A stretch of DNA of 64,000 nucleotides from Hydrolagus affinis. Its lineage: Eukaryota. The position numbers and the translations under genes are program-made. The notes below the pieces were generated by a model, which was not told the DNA's origin, made no database searches, and saw only the letters and a list, made by a program, of their open reading frames with translations. The stretch covers positions 1 through 64,000 of the forward strand of contig JAAILG010000107.1 in NCBI GenBank assembly GCA_012026655.1, read 5' to 3'. Below, piece by piece: positions 24,301-36,300 of the stretch. The number at the start of each line of letters is the position of its first letter. The stretch's first letter is position 1.

Positions 24301-27300
24301 AATTACTGTTGATCTGTAAATGCACCATGGATCAGAATAACCAACTAATATACTGTTGCAGGAATGGGTTTGGTAATATTGCAGAATTGAACAGTTTCAC
24401 TTTATATTCATTTTTGAATAGTCTTTTGAGTTGATTTTAACATCACAGCTGTTGGTGTATTGATATGTTAAAAGCTTTTTCTACAGTAAGGGTTCATGTC
24501 AATTACAAACTTATTCTTGCATTGTTCCAAATTATTGGTAAATGAGATGAGATGTGAGCCTAATAAAATAGTGCTGTTTTGGTATTCTTGTGCTTTTAGG
24601 GGAAATAGTGTATAGTATGGTTGTGTGAAGGTTGAATTTTGGTTCCAATTATTTATGATTGTATTATTATTCATTTATTATTATAATGACTAATTCCATA
24701 GATTAGTGTTCTGTGGACAAATAATTTTAAGCAATAGTTCCATATTGATTAGTTGAATTAGACAAAGAAAACCTTTGAATATATGCACTGAACATAACTA
24801 TTTTAATTAAGGAAAGTACTGTAGCTAATATCAAGTTTGTATTAAAATGTACATCATAGCCTTATACATTAAGCCATAAATAGTGACTTTCCAGTTGAAT
24901 AAACATTGGGAGTGTACCAATTGCAAAGCTCCTTTTTAATTTATTTTCTTCTCTACATTTGTTTTAACCTCTAGTAATGTAAAATAATTGGAAACTTGTA
25001 TATTCAGTTTATTGGAGTTATAATTTATATTCTGTAAAAATTCATGTTCCTTTTGTATTTTTCAGCTCACACAACTGGAACACACTATTCATGGGAACGA
25101 ATGCTGTAGCTGATGTCATAGCAGCAAAATATAATGCCACAAAGAGCGAGGTGTTAGATGATGTGAGTATTTCTATTCGAATAGTACAGATAGTTTACAA
25201 TTGCAGTACAGTCAACCCTTGCCGAACGCAACTTTCTCGATTGCGAATTCAGTTATACGAAAAGAAATAAATGCAGCACTTTTTTGTGGAACGTGAGTAA
25301 AATTTGCCTATACGCGCTGGCTGGCCCCACGTACTTGGGAGGACGCCACCAGCTCCCGCCTAAGTCCAATGATTCCTCGGCCTCGGAGCAACCTGATGGC
25401 ATTGCATGGTAAACAGGAGAGAGAGAGAGAGAGTCCCCTAACACTTCCAGGACCAAAGGTAAAATAATTTAGCCAAGCTGTGGTAGTGTAAGGTGATGTT
25501 TTATTGTCTCCGGTGAATCAGTGAGAGCGGGCCAGTCAGCTATAGCCTGACTCAGTACACACGTTGCTTTGTTTGTGTATGGATGTGCCTGGAAGCTTGA
25601 ACCTGGAAGCCTGTGGATGGATTCCCCTAACTAACCCTTTATTCCCATTACTTGTTAAGCTTACCGATCGCAATTTTACCGAGTGCGCTCTTTTCCAAGA
25701 ACGTAATCCCCATATTTGGCAAGGGTCTACTGTACATACAGTTTATATTAAACTTTAAATAGCAAGGTTTTAACATGACAGTAAACAATAAAATAATTCA
25801 CAAAAAAATGGCACAAACATGAATTTGAGGATTTACATGGGTCATCATTTCTTAGTCCAAAAACTGTTTCTCTCTTGGATTAAAAAAAACTGTGCTAAAA
25901 CGTTTAATAGTTGCTTCTTTTGTTTTTCTGTGCTGTGATTGAATAATAATTGTTGGTCTTTTTTTGATTAGTGCTTCCTTGACGTCAATTTTAGGATTCA
26001 CTGACAAAGGACTAACAGAATTGTAACTAAATGTGAAACCATTTTTATCATATAACATTCATGTTATTTTTGCTAATACTATCATGTAACAAAGTGTCAT
26101 TGTTGACTTCTGAAGGTTGTGGTTGCAAAGCTAACTTTCCAGTCACTAAGTTGGTGTGATTCCTATGCACCTAAGACACTGCAGTAAAAGCCCATTTATC
26201 TGGCACCCACGGGACCTGGCCAATGCCGGTTAAAGCGCGTGCCGGATAATCGGCAGAAAACGCAAAAAAATTGTTTTAAATTCCAATGCATTTTTCCGGG
26301 TAAATTCCGGTTAATCGAATGCGGACTTTTTTTTTGCAATGCCGGTTTTACGGAAGTTACAGTTGATCGTGTGCCGGATAAAGGGCTTTTACCATATTTG
26401 CAATTGAATTTGCAATTCTCCAGGATACAATTTCTGTACGCGATTGTCAATGCCAATGAAATCTTTTCACTGAACTAATTGAAGAAACAACTAGATTCTA
26501 TAACTAGAGACAGTAAGGTTGATATTCTGAAAGGATGAAATTAAATGGTCCGAAGAGACTCCTTTCTGCACCGCTCTTGTGGATGTTCCGTAACCAATCT
26601 GGTCTGATAGATCTATTGAGGTGATGTGCTCGCCACCTTCACCGTGGAACTAGTTTGAGATTTTTAAAGAATCAATTCTATCACTATTTTAATCAATAAT
26701 ACACACTCTTTCCTTTCAGTGTTATGCTGTTTTGGAATCCAATAGGTTATTTCAGCATTAGTTCAGGTGATGAGCCACGCCACGTATTTCTGTATTTTAA
26801 ATTTTCCAGTCATTAGAAGGAATGACTGAAGTTTCCGGATCGTTGCCTTCACCATTTAGCATATTTAATGCAATATGCAAGACAGTTACAATGTCTAACC
26901 ACTCTGCTAATAAGGTAGTCTGGCTAATCTTGGAGGAGAAGCAAAATTTGCCTTGCACATTTTAGCCGTCTGAAACTAATTTTCCTTTCAGGGTTTTAAA
27001 TTCCATGTCGCCCTGCTGAGTTATTAATGTGCCACACAGAATTATGAGATTTCAAAATCCAAGCACTGCATACCTCCTAATATTGAATTATGAAAAACTC
27101 CTTCATTCACAATTTATAAACCTTTTAATCTGTCAACAAGCTGGGTGATCTACGCATGACTGCAAATTTGCTATCCAAATTTTACAATTCGTTATATCAT
27201 TTGTGTATACGAGATGGTTGACTTGAGATATTGGTGACTTAAATATGACTTCATTCAATGTCAAACAGTTTGAAATTTAATTTGTAAAGATCATTGTTCG

Positions 27301-30300
27301 CTGTTGAAGATTATTCTTAAGGTGATTTTGCATAGTGCATTATAAACTGTTGACATCACCAGCATGTGCAGTGAGCAACTGAAGTTCAACAGCAACAACA
27401 GTGCATTGAATCTGTTCGAATCTAATTTAACTCTTTTTCTATATGCGGACATTGTTACATTGAGGGACATTGTGGTTCATGCTGGGAATACTGTTCTTTC
27501 AATTCGCTTTCCTTGCCTTTGGTCACCTTTCTACCCCTGCCCCTGGCTCGGTCCCGGGATCCGCTATTGTGAAGTGCTCTGAGATGCCGTGCAGCATGGA
27601 GGGGGCTATATAAATCAGAGTTGTTGTTGTTTGCTTCTCCTTGAATGTTCATTCTAAAACAATAAATAATTTGTCAGTCAGGGATGTGGCATAAGGTGCT
27701 ATTGTGGGAATGCTATGACATCTACTTAAATGGGAAACTAGTTTTTAAATAAAAAGTTTCTCAGCACATTAAAACTATTGAATATGAAAATTATTGTAGT
27801 TTTTGTTTTGTTTCTCAAAAATGTCCACAACATTATGTGTGGCTAAAATTCTGTGTGTTTCTAATCCTTTTGCTTTATCTGAAAATGACCTCTTATCTAC
27901 ATTTTGTCAATTATCTTGATTCAAGGGCCAAATAAAAATTATTTGTTGCAATGTTATGAAAATCTGGGGGTCGGGGGAAAGATTTTATCTTTCTGAAGAA
28001 GACTGGAGCATCTTTGAGCCTGCTGAACAGTTTAAAGTGATCGCTGGCTGATTTAGCCAAATTATTAGAATATCCATTTGACAAATTGCTTTTCAAACAA
28101 AATATACAGTCAGTTCACTTTACAGAATATTCTGTGAAGCGTCTTGAGACGTCTCAAAGAAGTAATATGGCGTTCTATCAAATGCAAGGATTATTATATA
28201 AAGCTCTTGCTCTCAAAGAAAACAATTGTGGAGATCCCAATTTGATGGAGAGGCAGTCATTATAAGTACAGAAGAGCTACTATTCAGTTAAGGGTTGAAC
28301 AATTTAGCTGGGGACCCCATGCTGTTTACAGAAAACCCTATGATCTGGTAGCCTGAGAGGCTTTTTTAGATATTAAATGCAGAATTTATTTTTAAAAAAA
28401 AGGCAATTTCTTTAATCCTCTTTGCATATAATTTGGATGTGACTATTGTTTTTTAAATTAGTTCATTAGTTTCTTCCCTCTTTGTGGTCACTGTGTATTA
28501 TCCTTGGCCTAGAGGACAGGCAGTCAGTGCTGATCTGTGACTAACCACTAAGGGGTGTGCAAGAACTCTGAAGGATGCTTATCCTATGCCTCGGGAAGTG
28601 ACTGGCTTCTCCACCGCAGGCAATAAATTGCCTTCTGAACAACGCAAAAAATGCTTCAATTAAACCTCTGCTAACTAGTGTGATTTTTTTTAGATTCCTT
28701 TTAAATAAATCTGCTGGGAGCTAGCTGTCCATGAACACTAAATATGAACAGTCAAATCAAGATATGCAAATACTTAGTAATAAACCTTTTCCTCTGTCAT
28801 TTTTAATTAAAAAATGTTCTTTTTTTTGTCTGATAATTACAAATGCTACATTATAATGGTGACCTGATAAGTTGTGAAGAGTTCAATTATAGCAATTTGC
28901 TTTTATTTTCTTTGACCGCAGTAAAACTATTTTCTGAACTATGTTTGCAAAATGCAGTAATAATGGTCGCACAAAGATTATAGGGAGAAATCAACATAAT
29001 TTCACCTGAATAAAACAAAGATTTCTATGGAAATTCACTTATGTATAAAGCTTCAGAACACCAGCTGTACGTGTATGATACAGAGAAAAGTCTGCACACA
29101 TTGTCTACAAGCTTGCAAAATGGTATCTGGCACTATGATACCAACTATTTTTGCATTGAATAAATGTAAGATCCTTTTAATTTTAATTGACTGTTTTATT
29201 TCTTGATTGAGTGCCTGCAGGAGGATAGAGAAGCAGGTTTTTATGGTGATCTAATCTATTTGTTTTCTTATGTGATGTCTGATGTGCAGGTTTGAACAAA
29301 CCCCAAATTCTGCATCTCCATGGATCAACAAGTAGAGAAAATGACTTTTTAGAAAGTTATATCCTATTATAATCCTTTACAAAACCTGTTTTATTACAAC
29401 AAAATAAGCAGCTAATTTTGTTGTAATATATATCTACTGAATTTTTTGGAACATGCTAAATTATCAAATAGTTGTTAAATGTTGTATTGCTCATTAAATT
29501 GAAATGTTTATTTCCAATTAGACATTAATTATTTTACTTAAACTTCCTTGAACGCTTTTCGTATGTTACAATAAACACAGATACTTTGATAATTTAGAAT
29601 TTAGTAATCTATTTAGATGACACCATTTTATGGTTTATACCCACCATCTGAAACACTTGATTAGATTACAGCCTTGAAATCACTTTTTGATTATTGTATG
29701 ATTCATATATAGTTTTCATTTTACATTGTCGGTTTAAATTAAGCTTGGCTGAAATGAGTAGAAATAAATTGTAATATAGTGCCGATATTTCAATTCTTAC
29801 CTTGGCTAGACCTCTTTCCTTTGTAGGAAAAGGTTTTGAACAGAGGCATTTTCATGCCTATAAATTCCACTGTTTTGCTTTTCAGGAAGGAAAAGGCAGC
29901 CTTGCAGTCCGAATGGCTCTGGGTGAAACACAGATCGTGCAAGAGACTAGACTGTTCTTAATTGATAACGGAGTTAGCTTGGACTCCTTCAGTCAGGTAA
30001 AACAATCCAAATAAATACAGCTGACACCTCAGACAAGTGTTAATAACTATGTTGATTAATGCATTAAGTAGAAACATTAATGTATTTTTTGCACTATTGC
30101 TGAAGCATGCAGTAATTAATCTCTTGTCCAGCAGCCTGAACATGTTTTCTATCAAGCGCAATTGTTGGAAAAAGAGTTTAAAAAAACATGTGGTTCTTCA
30201 ATTGACTATTTAAGAACATTTCTCTGTACAAAATAATCCATTTTTTTGTTAACTACTAGGTGTAATTCGTAAACCCAACGAGTGAGTTCGGTTTTAAAAA

Positions 30301-33300
30301 GCTGAATTTGCTCTATTGGTGGTACAAAGTGAAAATAAGATGTCTATAAAATGTTGCTTTTTCAGCTCTCTAAATGTAACTGTATAAAGGAATAAATATT
30401 AGAAATTAAATCTGTTTTGAGGAAAGTGCAAAAGTTGAGTTTTCAATTACTTTTGCCGTGTATTACATCTAACTCCACTGCCTAGTTCATTTGATGAGAA
30501 TATTGAGTATTGATGGGTTTTAGTTTGGCCTTTAAGTAAGTTTGCACATATAGCTTCTGGATATAAATACAGAGTGTGTGCGAGTATATAATATATATAT
30601 ATATATATATATATGCAAATATCTCTTGCAAAGTGAGTGAATAGCAAGGGTTAGGGTATATTGGAATTTCAGCATTTCGGTTTGCAGCTGGTGAAGATGA
30701 AAGCAAAAACTGGAACATTTGCTAGTGATTAAAAGTGAGTTTCATTAAAAGTTTCATGTTTTGAAATGAAATGTGCAGCATAGTTTACATAGTCTTATTT
30801 GTTTCTAATATTTTCTGCTTATGGTTTGTAGGCTGCTGGGCCGAGAAGTAAAAGTGTAATCCTTGTAAAGAATATTCCTGCAGGAACCGAAATGCAGGAA
30901 TTGGAGAAGCTCTTTGCCCAATATGGAGATCTTGGGCGGGTTTTGCTTCCAGGAGCTGGTATAACTGCTATTGTGGAATTCTTAGAACCTACAGAGGCCA
31001 AGCGAGCATTCACTAAACTTGCTTATTCCAAGGTATGTCCAGTGTGAATTCCATTAGTATCTTTCAGGTTCCAGCTACTACATTATGTTTGGAATTTTAA
31101 TATATTCTGTTGTGAGCTTCAGTATAATTGTACAGCAGTAAACTCGAAAGCCTCGTTTTCAGTTCAGATAGTCACATTTGCTGTGATGTAGGTACTGAGC
31201 ATGGTGGGGAAAGAACTGTACAATGTTCTCTATAGTGTGAATGAAGGTCAAGTTGTTCCTGTTTACGATGACAAAATAATTTTATACTGACCTACTTGTC
31301 CAGACTTCATCAGTTAATAATTATCACGTTTTAACAAGTTGTATTCAGCCATCGCCATCTTCTCACAAAGTTGCCATTAGTTTCAATAAAAAAAAATTAA
31401 AGATGGTGACAGTAGCATGAAGGAACAGAGCAATGACAAATTCTCCAGAACCAGTGTTTAAATTAAATTAAAAATTAAGTGTTTGGGTGATGTGTAACAT
31501 AATTAGAAAATGTACTGAATGACCTAGCATGATAAGTAAACTTTCTAGATGACAAAATCAAAAGAGAAATTGAAGGGAATGGAAAGTACCATATCACTGA
31601 AAATAGAGTGTGAAAATATCTGTTATTTGTCTAGTGTTCATTATTCAGCTGAATACAGCAAGAACAACAATTTGCATTTATATAGCACCTCAATTACTCA
31701 CATAGGGTAGCGTCCCACAGCACTGACAGTGGCAGAGCACAATGGCAAGGGAAGTGGGGAGGTGACTATAGGTACGGTCAAAGAGGAAGGTGTTTGGGCG
31801 CGATCTGAGAATGAGTAAGGAGGGGGCAAGGTGAAGGGACGGAGGAAGAGCAGTTATTTAATTTAGTAATTAAATCATGAGACGTAATGGACCACCTGAA
31901 ACAAATCTCTGCATTTTACCCGCAGTTTCAGCATGTTCCGCTGTATCTAGAATGGGCCCCTATGAATATTTTCTCCACTGCACCACCAATACAAAAAAAG
32001 AAAGAAGAAGCGAAAACAAACAATGAAGGTAAATATTTTTTGGAATCATTCACTGTATGTACAGTAAAAGCACGTTTATCCGTGATCTGATCAACCGTAA
32101 CTTCCGTATAACCGATACCTCAAAATAAAAGTCACAAAAAAGTCAAAAAAAAGCACAGTATGATTACCTCTGAATGCTGCCAGTAGTACACTTCCAGGTT
32201 TGAGAGAGAGGCAGGGAGAGAGAGAGAGTGGGGTGGGTGGAAAGAGAGGGAAAGAGTGGTGGAGGGAGAAAGAGAGAGGAGTGGGAGGGGGAGAGAGAGG
32301 TGGGGGAAAGGAGGGGAAAGAGAGAGGGGGTGTGAGAATACAATATTCTGTTATTATTTAGTCTATTATTAATATGGTATGTTTAAAAAAAATTAAAATT
32401 TGTGTTTTCTTTTAAAGTTAATTTTTTGTTGGGTTTTCGGCAGCTGGCCACCCGAATATCCGGCATGTGGTTTAACTGGCAATGGCCAGTTCCCGAGGGT
32501 GCCGGATACACAGGCTTTTACTGTACTTCAAATACATTTGGTTTGATTTAATTTGACCGCTTAAAACTGGGTGTTCCTGTCAGATCACTCAAATTCTTTT
32601 GTTAATTATTTTTAAACTTTTGCAAAATGGGATCATCTATGTATTGCATGTTAATATGACAGATGTGACATAGAACGACGGAAAGTATCGTAGTAAAATA
32701 GGATTGCTACTATTTTCTTTTCCAACGAGGGGAAACAAAGACATCTAATGTTTACTCTGGAATCACCAGTTTGAGGTATAACCATTGCAGCACTTGTGAG
32801 AGAGGTCTTATTGGTAAATACGGGGCATTGATTAATATTGTAGCCTTCAACATGTACAGTATTTAGCATTTAACCAGATTTTATCTCTGTAGGTTACATG
32901 TTCTTTCCATGTCACTTATCCATATGCACATGCAAAAGACCTTTTGAATACATATTTGCATATCTCAACACAAGTATATATGAGAACTAATTCTAAAAGC
33001 ACACCCAGTGCTGTGATAAATAATTTATGAGTTAACAATTTTCCAAAACATAGACTTGCATTGCCTTCCAACACCTTTGAGGGTGAGGTCAAAGACTTTC
33101 AACAGAATTGAAATTACTACCATCTTTTGGGATATTTATGCTAGATTTTCCTTTGCATTAGATAAAGACTTAAAAATGGGTGCTGGTAGTAAAAATGAAA
33201 ACTGTAAACTAAGTTTCTGTTCAATAATGTTTTGGCTGATTGATGTGTGTATCGAGGATGTGTTCTGAAACTAAAGAACATGGAGGAAAAAGTTAATTCC

Positions 33301-36300
33301 CCAAGAGGCAATGTAGTTTGGATAAAATTGAGAAACTGGTGGGCGATATGTATTTTGTAGGAAATCCTATTTGGTTTGCGAAGTTCTCACTTTAATAAGT
33401 TTACATTTTTACAATTTCTGTAAAATGAGTTTGAAAATTCAGTTATTGATCTCTGTGTCTAAAATTCTTAATGTAATAATGATCAAATCTGCCTCTGAAC
33501 TTTCTCTAAAAGGAAATTGTAAAAAACTATTTTTCCATAAATAGATTTGTCTGGCAGGGTTCCTCCAATTTAGAATACATGTTTTTTTTATATTCACCAC
33601 CACCACCACTGTACTTTTGCTTATGTTGTAACACTTTATGATGTTAAAAAGATTAATTTAAAGAAACTATATGTTCAGAGACATCAGAAATCTATTTTTT
33701 TAATATTGTATTGTCATTAAATATCTTCCACCTTCTAGGACCCTACTGTATACTTTTTTTCTCCCTCTTCACCCCCCGTTCTATTTCACAAGTAATATTT
33801 GCTTCATGCTCTACCTTGTACGCTCTGTGGACCTGCTTGTCCTTCTCCCTGTGTGATCCCACAGAAGCTGAACAAAGGATCAGGCTTAAAAGTTTTCTTT
33901 GTTGGTAGTGCGATCCCCATTTTTGTTTTGAAGAAATTAAAAGATCTGTTGAGATACTCTGCTGATGATTTTGCTTCAAGAACTGCCTGCTTTTTGAGTA
34001 GGATGTAATCCGCAGTGTGCCAATGCACCTTACTCCTCGAGCAGACTACACCAGCAAATGGCCTGGGCTGATTTGGGAGAATATTAACATTTCAAGTGTC
34101 TATTGGACAACACAATCTTTAAGTAGCTGCTATAGAAAGCTTTGAGAGCTAGATTTATTTAAATAATGTGACAGAGTCCTTTTTAAAGTAACTGGCATGG
34201 AACAATAATTAAGTTTATTGGAGTCGTCTTATCTTTTTCCACACACTGTTAATAGATTGAAACTACTGATCAGAAAAAGAATAAAACTATTTAATGAACA
34301 AAATCTATTCCTAACTAAACTAACCAAAAAGCAGCTGTGATAATGTGTGACCTTCGAGGCCTCTAACAATGGCTTATATCCTTTTGTCCTAAGCAAATAC
34401 TGTGAATTAATAATTGTTTTGTGGTTGCGTAGGTTACTATGATCCAATTTCAGAACATTCAGTATTAGACAGTACAGAATATAATTTATCTGCTATTATG
34501 ATGAGAATTTAGTACTCAAAGGAGTGAAGCATTGCATTCCTTACCAATTTCTCTTGAGATCTTTCCAGCAGAGATCATGCTGAAATGTATATCTTCATGT
34601 TTTGCAAAGGAATATTTATGACCAATCCCATAATCTTGCCCTGCAGTTTCTTCCAATCATTAATCTTCATTTTAATCCAGGTTTTAATTTAGCTTCCAGT
34701 GGTTTCTTATCTAAGCGATATTTTCAGTTGTGCATTTGAAAAACCTGATGTGTTGCAGGTTTATTGCTCAACTATAAATACGCATTTTTATGAAATATCC
34801 TAGATAACTTTTATAATCAAATTTTAAGGCCCCAATAGCAGGGGAAAGAAAAAGAAAAGAATGCGTTTCAAAACGATTGTTTCAGTCATCTGAGAGAATA
34901 ATGTGAAACAAAAACACGGTGTCTGTTGTCCAACATGACCCAATTCTTACTGTATAAGCAGTACATATCACTGCATTATATTAGTGACAGGCTAATACTA
35001 GTCCCAATGCTCTCTTCTTTCTTGTTCAAGGACATGACTCATTTTGAACTTTCATGGTTTTTTTCATACATATACGAAGCTGCAATAGTGGCCTTTGGGG
35101 GAGGTGAGCCTTGAGCTTTGAGACTGAAAGCAGCAATGCCAATCTGGCTACTAGTCACTAGGGAGCTATTATCTTACTGTGCCGAGACCCAGGCCCTGTG
35201 ATAATGAACTTCAGGGGAATGCTTAGCGAAGGCTGCAGTTCACTGATAATAGCTTTTGTTGTGCAAGATGTGCTTTGCATGCAGAAAACCACAGAATTTT
35301 GTAGCTCAAGAATAATGTAACTGCTTTTTGCTTTGCGTGACTGCATTTTATCGTGCAAGCCACAGATGGAGGTGCATTTAAATCTTTTTGCTGATGGATT
35401 AACTGTCAATGATTTATTAATTTCCCCTGAGTTAACAGAACCCTTACTTACTGAATTTAAACAGACATACATACTTCAAATTTTCTTTGGTTTGAGAAAA
35501 AAAATGAGCAAAATTAAAAGCACTTGAGTCTTTGATTGTACCTTTTCATTTGGTCTGAAATTTTAACATAAGCACATTAAGTGAAAAGGTGACTGGATTT
35601 TGTGTGTGTGTATCTGTGTGTGTTAAAGAGCAGAATAGTATTTCTTTAGGGGGAAATGGCACAGAATATTTTTTGCCCTGTATATAAATCTTTGTGTACC
35701 CTGCAAAAAACTATTTGAATTTGCATTAAACGTTATTGTATTACGAAGTGCCTGACAAGGTCATACAATAAAATAGGTTATCGACCTTTGTGTGGTTTTA
35801 TGACTAAGGTAACGTCTCACAGGAGGAATTGATTCAGTCAAGGTCATAAACCTAAGCCAATTGTATTTGAAATAAACCATCTAAAATATGTTTCCATTTT
35901 ATGATTTATTAAATTGATGTGCAGTGTGAAATTGCAATGAAATGTTTATCAATTTATAACAGTAGGGAGTATAACTGATTCCAAACAACCCTAGGTTTAT
36001 TTTGGACATAAGGCAAATTGAAGTAAGCAAATTAAACAAAGTACATTGCTTCATGAAATGTCATAGTTTTGTTCCTTTAAACAACCCTCCAATTTTGGTG
36101 AGTAAACTTGATCATATCTCTAAATGTCTAATATCTCATATGTCTAAAGAATCATGACTGAATCTGTGGTAAGTTGCACTCCTGTTTTTGATGACTGTCC
36201 AATGACTCCTATCTGTATGTATCATCACTGATGCAAATGAAACTATAGTAAGCATTAATCAGCACCTTTTGGAGGGTAAAATAGTGTGAGAAGTGGCACA

